Positions 31,708 through 43,576 are shown, counted from the stretch's first letter. The stretch: 64,000 nucleotides of DNA from Methanothermococcus sp. Ax23 (GCF_049075655.1 NZ_CP157522.1:1536001-1600000), one strand, 5' to 3'. Made by a program: numbers and translations. Notes: a model not told the origin generated them from the letters alone.

Positions 31708-33990
31708 TTATTGATATTTCATCTCTTTAATGATTTCTATAAATCTATTTAATACCTTTTCTCTTAATCCTTCAACAAACTTTAAACTTCCAGCACACTC
31801 GTGACCTCCGCCGTCTAAGGAAGCTTCTGGAATCTCTTTTATAAGCTGTTCTATTATAATATTTAGATTGAAGTTAAATCTTTCGCTAACTGCATCAGTT
31901 GCCCTAACAACACCAAAATCCGGACCATAAGATATTGTTATTATTGGTGTTTCTTCCCCGTATTTTTGAACTATGGAATCATGGGCAAAGCCACATGTTT
32001 TTCCAGGAGCGGGAAATGTGAATTTATGGGCATATTTTTCTACATCCAGTGTATTTAATATTATTCCATTATCAAGTTCTTCGGTTTTTATGGCAGGTAT
32101 TACCGCTTTCATTTGCCTATCTACCATTTGCATTGCTCTATTGTATAATATATCAATTAATTTTTCATGCCTATTTAGTTCTTTCTTATTTATTCCAAGT
32201 ATATCTTCTACAATACCTCTACCGTTCATGAATCTTAAATAAAATGCTTCGAAATCCATACATAATCCAATTTTATCTAAATCGTCTCTTGTATATTCTT
32301 TTCCGCTACCATATTTTTTACTGCATTCTGTTAAATCTTCCAATGCTATTTTTACATATTCATCTACTTCTTTTCCTTTTGCATGGTCTCCAACCACGGC
32401 TATGCCTGGAAGATGCTTTATTTCGTCAGTAACATCTTTGTTTATCATTCTTGCAACTTCCGTTGCTAAAACCCCTGCGGTTAAGTTGCTATCTCCACCA
32501 ACAAGGTATGGATTCACATGAGCTCTTACATATTCATCCACTTCTACCTTACCATCTACAACTTCTCCTGGATAGTGGTGGTCTATCACAACAACATCTA
32601 TATCGTATGCCTCAGCTTGTGATATTGCAGGTATATCCTCGTTGGTGCTTCCATTATCTGCCAATACAACCAATGGCATCTTTTGACCAAACCTTAACTT
32701 ATCCTCTAATGAGAATGCCAAGTCTTTTGTGATATCTTCCAATTCATAAAATGGTGCCTTAGATGGACTTCTCCTGAAATAGTGCCATTGTGCATCGGCA
32801 TCTATTGAAAATTCACTTAATATTGGGAGTATTGCCTTTTCAAGTGCTACACCTGCACAGTATCCGTCGGTATCTGCATGATGCCGTATAATCACAGGTT
32901 TTCCATCCAATATTGCTCTTCTTATTCTTTTTGCCACATCGGCCATTTTAGGCCTTAATTTTTCAAGTATTGGACTATCTACAAGGAATTCTATATCACT
33001 GTATGGTTCTGATTTTCTATCTAATTCTCTTTCTATTTTGTCCTTTACAATATCAGCTTTTTCTCCTTCGAGTTTTACCAATTTTATTCTTTCAATTTGA
33101 AGTTTTCCATCTCTTATGGAAACAGTCCCCACCACATCTACAATATCTCCTACCATTATTTCAGGGTGGGTTCTTAAACCTGCAACTTCAAATGCCGCTA
33201 TCCATGCAGTATCTGTTCCATCGGTGATGGTGAATATTGTTGGACCTGGTGTTTGAGTAATTTGGATAATTTCCCCTTGAATATGGACTACTTCATCCCT
33301 CATTTCAAGTATGCCTTTATCGGTGATTTCCTTTATTGTTGTTAATGGGATGCTCTTTTCAAGTTTTTCAATTTTATAGTTTGCAATTGGAATATATCTA
33401 AAATCAACCTCCCTCTTTTGCGGTTTTAATTCAGATACTTGCACAACAACTTCATCCCCTATCTTAAAGTCCCCTAATCTTTTTCCAACCATTTCACGAG
33501 CTCTCAACAAACCCCTTGTCTGGTCATTTAATGAAATGAAAACCCCATATTTTTCAGTTCTTGATACCGTTCCCTTGTAGAATTTACCCTCTTCTAAATC
33601 GTTCATTCCACATAGGTTGTCTAATATATAAACTGTTTTCAAGTTTTTCTTTTTTTCTTCTTCTTCCTTTTTACATTTAGCACATAATGTTTTATTTTTA
33701 TCCTGCGGATATTTACCTATATATTTATCGCATTTATCGCATTTTACAATTTTTCCACTTCCTCCACAGTAATCACAGGTGTCATATATTGGAATCTTTC
33801 CAGAGCCTTTACAGTTCGGACATGGCACCTCTGCAACATCTAAATCGTATTTAGATTTTTTAGAAACTCCCTTAAAGTGGGATTTTGTGTTAAATTCTTC
33901 AATATAGCCAGTTCCCTCACATTCAGGACATGATTCATACCCAACAATTTTTTTTCCTGTTCCTTTGCAAATTGGACATTTATCTATCAT
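31708..33990 (-). CDS. Archaeal RecJ-like DHH phosphoesterase with DnaJ-type Zn finger, S1 and OB domains
   Basis: CxxCxGxG repeats, S1 (YGVFI), HHADTDG, DNGS, IDHH, GGGHECAG. Confidence 0.9.
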   Translation of the reverse strand: MIDKCPICKGTGKKIVGYESCPECEGTGYIEEFNTKSHFKGVSKKSKYDLDVAEVPCPNCKGSGKIPIYDTCDYCGGSGKIVKCDKCDKYIGKYPQDKNKTLCAKCKKEEEEKKKNLKTVYILDNLCGMNDLEEGKFYKGTVSRTEKYGVFISLNDQTRGLLRAREMVGKRLGDFKIGDEVVVQVSELKPQKREVDFRYIPIANYKIEKLEKSIPLTTIKEITDKGILEMRDEVVHIQGEIIQITQTPGPTIFTITDGTDTAWIAAFEVAGLRTHPEIMVGDIVDVVGTVSIRDGKLQIERIKLVKLEGEKADIVKDKIERELDRKSEPYSDIEFLVDSPILEKLRPKMADVAKRIRRAILDGKPVIIRHHADTDGYCAGVALEKAILPILSEFSIDADAQWHYFRRSPSKAPFYELEDITKDLAFSLEDKLRFGQKMPLVVLADNGSTNEDIPAISQAEAYDIDVVVIDHHYPGEVVDGKVEVDEYVRAHVNPYLVGGDSNLTAGVLATEVARMINKDVTDEIKHLPGIAVVGDHAKGKEVDEYVKIALEDLTECSKKYGSGKEYTRDDLDKIGLCMDFEAFYLRFMNGRGIVEDILGINKKELNRHEKLIDILYNRAMQMVDRQMKAVIPAIKTEELDNGIILNTLDVEKYAHKFTFPAPGKTCGFAHDSIVQKYGEETPIITISYGPDFGVVRATDAVSERFNFNLNIIIEQLIKEIPEASLDGGGHECAGSLKFVEGLREKVLNRFIEIIKEMKYQ

Positions 33991-34153
33991 ACTACACCAC
34001 TTTAAATTTTAATAAAAATAGTAAAAAATAATATTTAAAATAATATATAAAATTCAATATATATAGAATTCCTTTATTATAAAAATTTAATTATAACTTA
34101 TAAAGATTAAACTATATAAATATACAAATCAAATAATAAATTATTTTAAAAAA

Positions 34154-34690
34154 TTATTCAATATAGTTATAACCTTTCTCAAAAGCCAATATATTCTTTT
34201 TTTCAGTGCCCTTAGGAACACTATCCAATACAGCTTTTTCCATGGCATCTTTTGAAACAATATTGGTTATTTTTGTGAGAGCTCCGAGCATTACAATGTT
34301 TGCAACTATTTTCAAACCAACTTCTTTATGGGCAATTTCCGTGAATGGAACTTGATATACGTTGAAATTATTTTCATAATCCTCAGGTATGGAGACAAGG
34401 TCTTTATCAACAATTACGCATCCATTTTCTTTTACATCCATTCCATATTTATCAAAGGCAGGTTGGGACATGCAAACTAATATATCAGGTTTTATTACCT
34501 TTGGAAAGCTTATTTCTTCCTCAGATATTACAACCTCAGATTTACTTGCTCCTCCTCTTGCCTCAGGTCCATAAGATTGTGTTTGAACTGCATTCTTGTT
34601 ATCGTAGAGTGAAGCACCTTTACCTAAAATCACACCTGATAGGATTATCCCCTGACCTCCAAAACCTGATAGTCTAATTTCTTTCCTCAT
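34154..34690 (-). CDS. korC: 2-oxoglutarate:ferredoxin oxidoreductase gamma subunit
   Basis: GFGGQGII, QSYGPEARGG, NIVMLG. Confidence 0.88.
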   Translation of the reverse strand: MRKEIRLSGFGGQGIILSGVILGKGASLYDNKNAVQTQSYGPEARGGASKSEVVISEEEISFPKVIKPDILVCMSQPAFDKYGMDVKENGCVIVDKDLVSIPEDYENNFNVYQVPFTEIAHKEVGLKIVANIVMLGALTKITNIVSKDAMEKAVLDSVPKGTEKKNILAFEKGYNYIE

Positions 34691-34780
34691 AATTCCACCT
34701 ATGTTTATTCACATGTTGGTATTTTTAATATTTTATTAATTTTATTTTTATGTTGTTTATAGAGTGATAATGATTATACA

Positions 34781-35578
34781 TTATTTCTGCAATATCTTTA
34801 ACTGTTCTATGAATTCTGGTTTTTCAATATCCAAAAACTCTCCTACAATGATTTTATTTTCCAACTCTTCCTCTGAGAGATTTTCAGCTTTTTTAATAGT
34901 TATTGAATTTTCTTTAAAGAATTTCATCATTTCAGCAGGATTCTTCGAAACATTAAATCTTCCGTAATATGTTGGACATTGTGCAATTACTTCAATAAAT
35001 GAGAATCCTTTTTTCTCTATTCCTTTTTTTATTGCATTTGATAACTGAATAGGATGTGCGGTAGTCCATCTAGCTACATGGGTTGCACCTGCGGCAATTG
35101 CCAACTTGCATAAGTCCATAGGATTTTCTGGATTTCCATAGGGTGCAGTGGTTGCCTTTTTTTCATGTGGTGTAGTTGGGGAACATTGTCCTCCGGTCAT
35201 TCCATATATGTTGTTGTTTATACAAATAACAGTTATATCTATGTTTCTTCTGCAACCGTGAATAAAATGATTTCCTCCAATTGCGGATAAATCACCATCT
35301 CCGGTAAATACAACGACCTTCTTATCATCTCGGGCAACCTTTACTCCTGTTGCAAATGCGATTGGTCTTCCATGGGTTGTGTGCAATGAATCACAATCTA
35401 AATATCCTGGAAGCCTTGATGAACATCCAATTCCAGATATTGCTATATAATCCTCGGAGCTCATGTTTAATTTTTCAAGGGCATTTGCAAAACAGTTCAA
35501 TATAATTCCATTTCCACAACCTGAACAAAATATGTGTGGGAGCCTATCTTCTCTCATATATTTTATTGCTGGATGCAT
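34781..35578 (-). CDS. korB: 2-oxoglutarate:ferredoxin oxidoreductase beta subunit
   Basis: FCSGCG, SGIGCS, HGR, GDGD, YGMTGGQ, QCPT. Confidence 0.9.
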   Translation of the reverse strand: MHPAIKYMREDRLPHIFCSGCGNGIILNCFANALEKLNMSSEDYIAISGIGCSSRLPGYLDCDSLHTTHGRPIAFATGVKVARDDKKVVVFTGDGDLSAIGGNHFIHGCRRNIDITVICINNNIYGMTGGQCSPTTPHEKKATTAPYGNPENPMDLCKLAIAAGATHVARWTTAHPIQLSNAIKKGIEKKGFSFIEVIAQCPTYYGRFNVSKNPAEMMKFFKENSITIKKAENLSEEELENKIIVGEFLDIEKPEFIEQLKILQK

Positions 35579-35657
35579 ATTATCACCATTATATAGTTTT
35601 AATTTAATATTTTTTTATAAGTAATATATGTTTTGGTATTATGGGATGAAGTTCCGT

Positions 35658-36443
35658 TTAGTTGTTCATCAACGTTGCATGGGAGAGCTCGAAAACTGCA
35701 CCGCCCAAATCATTTCCAATGTCCTGCAATTCTAAACCTTCTATTTCAATGTACTTATCCTCAATGGACATTACAACAGGCAAAAATTTATATGATATTT
35801 CTACGATATCGAAAGGTTTGCAGAACATTTCCACGGCTATTAATCCATAGAACTCCACATTTTTATATGGTCCTTCTTTTTCCAAGGGTTTTGTAATAAC
35901 TTTATTTACTGCTATATCGTCCCCTAATGATAACAATATCTTTTTAATTACATCCTCTTCGGAGCTCCCATAACCTTCAAAAACAGCCTTTACCTTTATA
36001 AGTCCTTCTTCCTGTAATGCAAATATGTCATCTTCATCATAAATGCCATTTTTATACCCTTCAATATCGACATTCTCTTCTTCCTTTATATGGACATTGA
36101 ACATGATGTTGTATTTTTCGCAGAATTTTTTAAAAAACTCAATTATATGAGCAATAGCTTCCCCAAATTCTTTTGAACTAATTTTTAATTTTGAAGGGCT
36201 AATAATATCTAAATCAGCACCATATTTCAGACAAAAATCAACATATTCTAAAAAAGAATTAAATACTATCTTCAATTCCCCGACTTTTGTATATAATCCC
36301 TCTCCATCATCTTCTTCATCTTCTATTGATAGTATTTCGGCGTTATATTTATTTTTTATATCATCCATTAGTTTTTCGAACTCCATATTTACAATATCCT
36401 TATTATTTCCTTTAATTTCTTGATAGGATATAATCTCTATCAT
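35658..36443 (-). CDS. Hypothetical protein
   Basis: Long acidic ORF with GGTGA RBS. Confidence 0.7.
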   Translation of the reverse strand: MIEIISYQEIKGNNKDIVNMEFEKLMDDIKNKYNAEILSIEDEEDDGEGLYTKVGELKIVFNSFLEYVDFCLKYGADLDIISPSKLKISSKEFGEAIAHIIEFFKKFCEKYNIMFNVHIKEEENVDIEGYKNGIYDEDDIFALQEEGLIKVKAVFEGYGSSEEDVIKKILLSLGDDIAVNKVITKPLEKEGPYKNVEFYGLIAVEMFCKPFDIVEISYKFLPVVMSIEDKYIEIEGLELQDIGNDLGGAVFELSHATLMNN

Positions 36444-36511
36444 ATTTTTCACCTAAAAAATAGAAAATAAATTATTAATTAATATAGGGGCGGGGATAAA
36501 TAATGAAAATA

Positions 36512-38128
36512 TTATTTCAATAAAGAATATCGCCCAATTACAAACTCCTTATCAAGTGAAGATAGGAAACTTCCCAATTTAGGTCCGTATTTCTTGCCGA
36601 GAAGTATTTTATAGGATGCCAAAAATGCTTCTTTTGGATTCAATTCCATTTCCTTTGCACTGTTGTATATTAACTCATGTATGGATAAGGCATCGAATTC
36701 AACTTCTTTCAATTTCTCGCCAAATGCTTTTATCCATTCCTTCTGTTTTTCATTTAATTCATCATACATTTCCTTTGCTTTTTCTAAATCTATTATTTCC
36801 AGCACTTCACCGTAGTTCAAAGCCCAGTTTCTAGCCATGTATAACCTTGCCTTCAATCTCTCAAAATCACTTTCTTTCATTGAATCGATTGACTCATAGT
36901 TATTTCTTTTAAGGATTTCCAGCACCTTATCCATGTTAATTTCTTCTTTTTCAGCATCATAGGCTATCTGAGATACTATTACACAGAATCTATATGGTAT
37001 TTGCAAAGGCAACTCATCAGGTATTTTTGGTGTTGAGAGCTCATACAATCTTATCTTATCCATTTCATTTTCATTCAATTCAATGCCTTCTTCTCTCTTT
37101 TTCATTAACTCGAAATATTTTCTTTCGAGCTCCTCATAATCATCTACAAGGTTAGGAATTGCCTTTAAATCAAAGTCGATATGTTTTGTAGGTTTGCTTC
37201 TCAACAGCAAAAACCTTAAAATCTCAGGGTGGCAGATTTTTACCCAGTCCTTAACTGCAAACACGACACCAGATGATGAAGACATTGGGACTGCCTTGTC
37301 CCCTATTTTCAACTGAATCCATTCGTAAATTATTTTTTCTGGTGCTTGATAGTTATATACTGCTCTGGCAATTTTAACTCCTGTATCATAAGAACCGCCG
37401 GATGTCCCGTGGTCTTTACCCATAGGCTCTGCTATTACATTGAATATGCTCCATCTTGCAGGCCAATCAACTCTCCAAGGGAGTTTTCCCCTACCTTTAA
37501 AGGGTTCTACTGTGTTTTTATAACCACAGGAGCATTCATAATCAACGGTTTTATTCTCACTATCGTAGTTAATTACCTTTGTTGTGCTTAATTTACCACA
37601 TTTCTCACAAACTATGTTTAACGGATACCAGTCTTCTGGAAGGGGTTCTTTTCTGTATTTATTTAATATATCCCTTATTTTATCCCTATTTTCCAGAGCC
37701 AATACTATTGTTTCGTCATAAAGCCCATTTTTATAGTTTTCATCAGCTTTATAGACGGTTAAATCAATGCCTAAATCATCCAAACTATCTACAAATGGTT
37801 TTAGGAAATGGTCCGCATAACTTTCACAGCATCCCTCAGGGCATGGAATTTCACTTATAGGCATGCCAACATATTTTTCATACTCATCTGGTAAGAATGG
37901 ATAAACCTTCCTAAGTGGGTCATAGGTGTCAGCAATGAATATGAGCTCCGCCTCAACACCATTGTTTAACAGTCCCTTATAAAGTGCATCTGCTGTGAGT
38001 GTTTCCCTTGCATTTCCTACATGTATGTGTCCTGATGGAGTAATACCACTTGCAACAAGGTATTTTTCAGGATTCTGTTTTTCTCTCTTTTTTATTATTT
38101 TTTTAGCCATTGCGTCAGCCCAATGCAA
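36512..38128 (-). CDS. lysS: Lysyl-tRNA synthetase, class I (TTG start)
   Basis: [37 protein letters not shown]. Confidence 0.96.
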   Translation of the reverse strand: MHWADAMAKKIIKKREKQNPEKYLVASGITPSGHIHVGNARETLTADALYKGLLNNGVEAELIFIADTYDPLRKVYPFLPDEYEKYVGMPISEIPCPEGCCESYADHFLKPFVDSLDDLGIDLTVYKADENYKNGLYDETIVLALENRDKIRDILNKYRKEPLPEDWYPLNIVCEKCGKLSTTKVINYDSENKTVDYECSCGYKNTVEPFKGRGKLPWRVDWPARWSIFNVIAEPMGKDHGTSGGSYDTGVKIARAVYNYQAPEKIIYEWIQLKIGDKAVPMSSSSGVVFAVKDWVKICHPEILRFLLLRSKPTKHIDFDLKAIPNLVDDYEELERKYFELMKKREEGIELNENEMDKIRLYELSTPKIPDELPLQIPYRFCVIVSQIAYDAEKEEINMDKVLEILKRNNYESIDSMKESDFERLKARLYMARNWALNYGEVLEIIDLEKAKEMYDELNEKQKEWIKAFGEKLKEVEFDALSIHELIYNSAKEMELNPKEAFLASYKILLGKKYGPKLGSFLSSLDKEFVIGRYSLLK

Positions 38129-38386
38129 ATAATCGCCTCCTATATTTATATTTCATATACTTTTAATTATAATTTATTTTATGGATAAATGTTATAATAA
38201 CATATAATTTATTTTATTAAAATTTTTCATCGTAAATTATAAATATTATAAAAACTCTCTTAATTCAAAACTTGTTTAACATATCATGAGCTCACATCTC
38301 ATGACAATGAGACATACTACAATAGCCTTTTTTAAGGTTGATTTAAATTATATCTTATAGTATATAAGATTATTTTTGATGATAAT

Positions 38387-38803
38387 ATGAAAGAATATAA
38401 ATCACCATCCTTAACTGTTGATGGTATAATTCAAATTGATGATAAAATCCTATTAATAAAAAGAAAAAACCCGCCCTTTAAAGATTCATGGGCATTTCCG
38501 GGAGGGTTCGTAGAATATGGAGAAACTACTGAAAATGCAGTTATGAGGGAAATCTACGAAGAAACCAATTTAAAGACCAAAATAAAACATCTCCTTGGGG
38601 TGTATTCAGACCCCAATAGAGACCCAAGGGGTCATACCGTTTCTGTTGTTTATATTTTAGAACATATTGAAGGAGCTCCCAAGGGTTCCGATGATGCCAA
38701 GGAGGCAAAGTTATTTAAAATCGAAGAGGTCAAAGATTTAGATTTGGCATTTGACCACAAAAAGATATTTAATGACTATTTGAAGTATTTAAAAAAGAAA
38801 TGA
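38387..38803 (+). CDS. Nudix hydrolase (ADP-ribose pyrophosphatase-like)
   Basis: Nudix box PGGFVEYGETTENAVMREIYEET; RDPRGH; LAFDH. Confidence 0.92.
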   Translation: MKEYKSPSLTVDGIIQIDDKILLIKRKNPPFKDSWAFPGGFVEYGETTENAVMREIYEETNLKTKIKHLLGVYSDPNRDPRGHTVSVVYILEHIEGAPKGSDDAKEAKLFKIEEVKDLDLAFDHKKIFNDYLKYLKKK

Positions 38804-38867
38804 GGAAATATAATAAAAAAATAATAAATAAAAATAAAATTAAACTAAAAAATAAAAAGGTGATAAT

Positions 38868-39185
38868 GTGGTAAAGTTTTGCCCTAAATGTAAAAATATA
38901 ATGCTTCCAAAAGATGGAAAATTAGTATGCACAGTATGTAAATTTGAAGAAGATTTGGAACAAACAAATGAATCATATGAATTAAAGGAAAAAATAGAAT
39001 CAAAGAAACAAGAAATTGTAGTAATCGAAGATGTAAATACATTACCAACTACAAGAATAGAATGTCCAGAATGTGGAAATATGGAAGCTTACTGGTGGTT
39101 ACAACAAACAAGATGTGCGGATGAACCTGAAACAAGATTTTACAAATGTAAAAAGTGCGGACACACTTGGAGAGAATATGATTAA
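38868..39185 (+). CDS. tfs: Transcription factor S
   Basis: FCPKC...C-terminal Zn ribbon QTRCADEPETRFYKC. Confidence 0.95.
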   Translation: MVKFCPKCKNIMLPKDGKLVCTVCKFEEDLEQTNESYELKEKIESKKQEIVVIEDVNTLPTTRIECPECGNMEAYWWLQQTRCADEPETRFYKCKKCGHTWREYD

Positions 39186-39190
39186 ATCAT

Positions 39191-39880
39191 TTATTTTTTA
39201 ATAATATTAATTCCATTTACTAATATTTTACCGGCTCTGCTTTTTTTACCTTCTTTTTCAACAAAAACTCTTAATTTTCCAGCTCTGCAAAAATGCTGGA
39301 CCCTTAAACCAATATCTATTAAGGTTTTTTCATTGAATTCTTTTCCAATAAATTCCTGCAATGTTTCGGAGCTCGAACCACATGGAGACTCCCTTATTAC
39401 ATCCATATCTTTAATTATATCATTATCCAAATAAATATTAACAATCGGTTTTCCAAAGTATTTTAAAAACTCTTTTAATTGCGGGTATTTATCCAACTTA
39501 TCTTTTAAATCATGTTCATCTAAATTACACATTAAATCTGGACAAATTACATTTCCAAAACTTTCAAGTTGTTTTTTAAACCCTTCTCCTCTCCATGCCC
39601 CCACGATTACAAAGATTTTTTTGTTCAATTTTTCATTAATATTATGTATTTCATTTATGAGAGCGTATGTTAAATCTGGATTTATAATATATGTAATTAT
39701 TACGTCATATTTTTTTAGCTCATTCAGCTGAGCTCTATCGATTTCAATATCTTCAAAATCCCCAGCATAATTTATCTTCAAAAAATCACAATTAAACTTT
39801 TTCCCAATGACTCCTGTGGCTCGGTCCCCATATTTTCCCTCTGAAATAATGGCAACATCCATATTTGCATTTATGTTCAT
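39191..39880 (-). CDS. DUF166-like conserved methanogen protein
   Basis: GKYGDRA, CPDLMC, FGKP, RESPCGS, QHFCRA. Confidence 0.7.
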   Translation of the reverse strand: MNINANMDVAIISEGKYGDRATGVIGKKFNCDFLKINYAGDFEDIEIDRAQLNELKKYDVIITYIINPDLTYALINEIHNINEKLNKKIFVIVGAWRGEGFKKQLESFGNVICPDLMCNLDEHDLKDKLDKYPQLKEFLKYFGKPIVNIYLDNDIIKDMDVIRESPCGSSSETLQEFIGKEFNEKTLIDIGLRVQHFCRAGKLRVFVEKEGKKSRAGKILVNGINIIKK

Positions 39881-39949
39881 AATTACACCGTGGCAAATTA
39901 TATGTTAAGTATATTTGGATATATAAATGTATGTGTCTAAAATAAAAAG

Positions 39950-40022
39950 TAGCCCGGTGCGGATTCGAACCGCAGTCCCCAGGTCCAAAGCCTAGGATGA
40001 TTGGCCACTACACCACCGGGCT
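39950..40022 (-). tRNA. tRNA-Gln (anticodon UUG), no intron, CCA not encoded
   Basis: AGCCCGG/CCGGGCT acceptor stem, TAGTGG D-arm, anticodon loop CTTTGGA, GGTTCGAATCC T-loop, T-run downstream. Confidence 0.95.
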
Positions 40023-40368
40023 AATTCCAATCCAATCAGAACAAACTCTAATAGGATAGTTCTCATATATATACTTTTCGGTAATTGGTATTTGTAAATG
40101 TATGAATATAGAATAAAGAAAAGATGGGTAATACCAAATATTTGGTTATAACTCACTATTATAAAAATATATCAATATTTATGTAGTTCCCCCATTTATC
40201 AGTATTATTTATTATAGTAATTACAATAATTGAAAACACCACTTAGTTTTTTATTAATTATTGTAGCATCCAGTATTTAAGCAAATAGAATAAAATAAAA
40301 AGCATGAAAAATAAAAAAATAAAATAATAAAAAATATTAATATATTTTTATATCTTTTCTGGGATATT

Positions 40369-41013
40369 ATGGCAACACTACATAAAATTTATACCCCAAG
40401 AATACTCAACACAGTTGAAATAATTGGAATATTATGCACAATTGAAATTCTGATATCTTTTATATTATCCACCTATAACCCCCCATATGAATATATATTG
40501 ATGGAGTTGGATTTTATATCTATTTCATTTCTTACTTTTGAGTTTTTTTATAAATTAATGGGGGCAAAAAATAAATTAAAATTTTTTAAAAATATATATA
40601 ATATAATAGATGCCATTGTTGTTGGTGCTTTTGCTTTATATTTATTACAAATGACCTCGACTACCGCAGTTGTTAGTTTGAGGATAATTAATGCAGTTAG
40701 AATATTGATATTATTAAGAGTAATAAAATTCAAACATCTTAACCTAAGCCGTGAGTCTATTAACTTTATAACCATATTAATATTTAGTTTTATATTATCA
40801 TGTTTTATATGGTTAGCTGAAAATGAGGTAAATCCAAAAATAAACAATTTTGCAGATGCATTTTACTTTACAGTAATATCTATAACCACCATTGGATATG
40901 GGGATATTACACCTCAAACCATGTGGGGAAAAATAATAATTGTTCTTGCAGTATTATATATTGTATCTGGACTAATAACAAGAGCTCAGAAAATATTTGA
41001 ATACAACAAATAA
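40369..41013 (+). CDS. Voltage-gated potassium channel (6 TM, MVP-like)
   Basis: TTIGYGD selectivity filter; S4-like LRIINAVRILILLRVIK. Confidence 0.92.
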   Translation: MATLHKIYTPRILNTVEIIGILCTIEILISFILSTYNPPYEYILMELDFISISFLTFEFFYKLMGAKNKLKFFKNIYNIIDAIVVGAFALYLLQMTSTTAVVSLRIINAVRILILLRVIKFKHLNLSRESINFITILIFSFILSCFIWLAENEVNPKINNFADAFYFTVISITTIGYGDITPQTMWGKIIIVLAVLYIVSGLITRAQKIFEYNK

Positions 41014-41072
41014 TAGAAAATAAAAAAATAAAAATAAAAAATAATAGTTAATTAAAAATTAAAAATAATTCA

Positions 41073-41993
41073 TTAGTTCGTATAATATTTTTCCAAAGGA
41101 GGAACTACCTGTTTCTTTCTGGACATTACGCCCTCTAAAAATATGCTGTTATTATCCAATTTTACATTAAATGCCTTTTCAAATGCTTCTTTGTTTCCAA
41201 CAACTAAAACTTCGCTTCCTTCTTTCATTATGTCGGTGATAAGGAACAATATTAAGTCATAGCCTTCTTTGAATTTTTCTTCAAGTGCGTTGTATATATC
41301 CTGTTTTTTTGCCTCAACTTCTGAAACATCTATTACTTCAACCTGTCCAATACCTATTTTTTTACCGTTAAATTCAAAGTCTTTGTAATCGATTGTTATT
41401 ATTTCCTCAGGGCTCATTTTTCCTACTGTGGATTTTGCTTTAAGCATCTCCATACCATAAGCATAAATATCTCCTATACCTGCAATTTCTGCAAGTTTTT
41501 CTGCGAGCTCTCTATCTGTATCTGTTGTTGTAACGGATTTGAATAAAACTGTATCTGATAAGATAGCTGAAAGAAGCAATCCTGCTAAATCAGGTTTTAA
41601 CTCCTTATTTTTTCCGCCAATGAACTCCATCATTCCCTTAAAGTATAATTCTGCTATTACTGTTGCCGTTGAACCTACTGGTTTTGCAATATACAATATT
41701 GGCTCTGAGGTGGTGATGCCGATTTTATGGTGGTCGATTATTCCAACAAGTTTTCCATTATCTAAATCATCCAAACTTTGGGATTTTTCAGAGTGGTCTA
41801 CAAGTATGAGCTCCTTGTCCTTTGCAGATTTTATCAATTCTGGTTCCATAATTCCAAATCTTTTTAACACAAATTCAGTTTCTGGGTTCAAGTCTCCCAA
41901 CCTTGCAGGAGCTCCGTCTAAAAAATGTGCCAAAACAATTGCTGAACATATACTATCAGTATCTGGGTTTCTGTGCCCTACAACATATATCAT
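41073..41993 (-). CDS. ppaC: Mn-dependent inorganic pyrophosphatase (family II)
   Basis: GHRNPDTDS, LVDH, IDHH, SRKKQVVP. Confidence 0.96.
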   Translation of the reverse strand: MIYVVGHRNPDTDSICSAIVLAHFLDGAPARLGDLNPETEFVLKRFGIMEPELIKSAKDKELILVDHSEKSQSLDDLDNGKLVGIIDHHKIGITTSEPILYIAKPVGSTATVIAELYFKGMMEFIGGKNKELKPDLAGLLLSAILSDTVLFKSVTTTDTDRELAEKLAEIAGIGDIYAYGMEMLKAKSTVGKMSPEEIITIDYKDFEFNGKKIGIGQVEVIDVSEVEAKKQDIYNALEEKFKEGYDLILFLITDIMKEGSEVLVVGNKEAFEKAFNVKLDNNSIFLEGVMSRKKQVVPPLEKYYTN

Positions 41994-42104
41994 AGTATCC
42001 TCCTTTGCTTTTTTATTTGATTTTTTCTTTATTTTTTCTTTTTCTTTTTGAAATGATTATAATTATGATATTAATATTTTTCTAATGCTTAGGTCATGCA
42101 ATTG

Positions 42105-42247
42105 GTTTTAAATGTTTCAAAGTATATCAAATGATATACTCATATAAACCAACTGCTTTATAAGTCTCATTGTTGGTTTCGTTGCCGTCCCCAACTCGAC
42201 TTATGGGGTGAGACCCGCACCCTCCTACCCGCTACTGGATTCACGGT
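42105..42247 (-). mobile_element. Possible IS607/IS605-type right-end remnant
   Basis: GC-rich structured stretch (minus: ccgtgaatccagtagcgggtaggagggtgcgggtctcacccc...gggg) followed by agtatatc/gatatact repeats; abuts the truncated livF. Confidence 0.35.
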
Positions 42248-42311
42248 TCGCTTGTGTTAGCAAGCGACCTAAAACCTTCGGTTTTAAGTTTTCCTCGCTA
42301 CTCGACGAAAA
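42248..42311. repeat. Stacked short-hairpin repeat cluster
   Basis: tcgcttg..caagcga-cctaaaacc-ttc-ggttttaag-ttttcc, same module order as at 14326 and 51560. Confidence 0.8.
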
Positions 42312-42558
42312 TGAACCTACGGCACAACTCTCCCCTAAACTTGCAGATGTAATATTTGATAAAATAGTAGAATTACGGGATGATTATGATATCACCCCCC
42401 TATTAGTTGAACAGAACGCAAAAAAGGCACTTGAAATAAGCGATAATGGATATATGTTTGTTAGTGGCAGAGTGGCATACGGAGGTTCTGCAAAATCACT
42501 TCTTGAACATGAAAAATTCCAGAGTTATTTCTTGGGAATTGTTAATGAAGATGTATAA
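42311..42558 (+). pseudogene. livF: 5'-truncated branched-chain amino acid ABC ATPase (LivF-like)
   Basis: EPTAQLSP...[18 protein letters not shown] retained; Walker A and signature motif missing and replaced by repeat DNA. Confidence 0.8.
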
Positions 42559-42655
42559 ATCATGTAAGAACTATAATTTAAATATATTTTAATGTATTAA
42601 TGTATTAGGCACATGTTTGACATAAATGATAACAATATAATATTACGGTGATATC

Positions 42656-43576
42656 ATGATGGGTGTTATTGAGGGAACCATTGTATGGTCCAATATTATG
42701 GTGTTGCTTGCCCTCGGTTTAACTTTAACATATATCACAACAGCAGTCCCAAATTTTGCTCAGGCATCTTTTGCTGTTGTGGGTTCCTATATTGCATTGA
42801 CATTGTTAAGGTTGGTTGGTCTTGACCCCTATCTTTCCCTACCCTTGACATTTATTATTGGAGGGGTTGTTGGATTATCTACCTACTATATAGCATTAAA
42901 ACCTCTTGTAAAAAGAAAGGCTTCAATTGAAATGCTTATGATAGCCACACTTGCATGGGATTTAATACTTCTTGGAGTGGTGGGGGCATACGCTGAAACA
43001 TTGAGCACTATTACAAAAAAAACAGAGACACTTTTTGTATTCACAAATATTGATTTTGAATTCTACGGCATACATGGTAGGTTGATAATGTCAACCCTTG
43101 TCGTGTTATTAACATTGGTCGGATTGTATTTACTATTATATAGAACGAAATTCGGTATAGCATTAAGGGCATCTATGGAAAATCCATCCCTTGCCGAAGC
43201 TATGGGGATAAATGTTGAAAATACGAGGTTGTTTTCTTGGTTTTTATCGGGAGCTCTGGCATGTATGGCAGGGTCATTGTTGCCATATTTGCAGGAAATT
43301 GTTCCACAAACAGGGTATTTTCTTATAGTGTCAATATTTGCCGCAAGTATTGTTGGGGGACTGCACCATATAGCAGGAGCTCTGATTGGTGGGTATATTA
43401 TTGGAATATCTGAATCCCTATTTACCTATGGACTGTCAAGTATATTTGGCCCGGAGGTTTTGGTGTATAATAAGTTAATATCTTTGGCTATAATGATAAT
43501 AGTGATATTATGTATTCCTAATGGGATAACGGGAACTAATCTATGGAGGAGGTTGGAAAAATGGTTGAACTTATAA
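42656..43576 (+). CDS. livH: Branched-chain amino acid ABC permease (LivH-like)
   Basis: ALGLTL..PNFAQ, RTKFGIALRASMENPSLAEAMGIN. Confidence 0.85.
   Translation: MMGVIEGTIVWSNIMVLLALGLTLTYITTAVPNFAQASFAVVGSYIALTLLRLVGLDPYLSLPLTFIIGGVVGLSTYYIALKPLVKRKASIEMLMIATLAWDLILLGVVGAYAETLSTITKKTETLFVFTNIDFEFYGIHGRLIMSTLVVLLTLVGLYLLLYRTKFGIALRASMENPSLAEAMGINVENTRLFSWFLSGALACMAGSLLPYLQEIVPQTGYFLIVSIFAASIVGGLHHIAGALIGGYIIGISESLFTYGLSSIFGPEVLVYNKLISLAIMIIVILCIPNGITGTNLWRRLEKWLNL

Noticed and set aside
34154-35578. korB/korC without korA as gene loss
   Set aside because: Split kor loci occur in Methanococcales; the alpha subunit is probably outside the window
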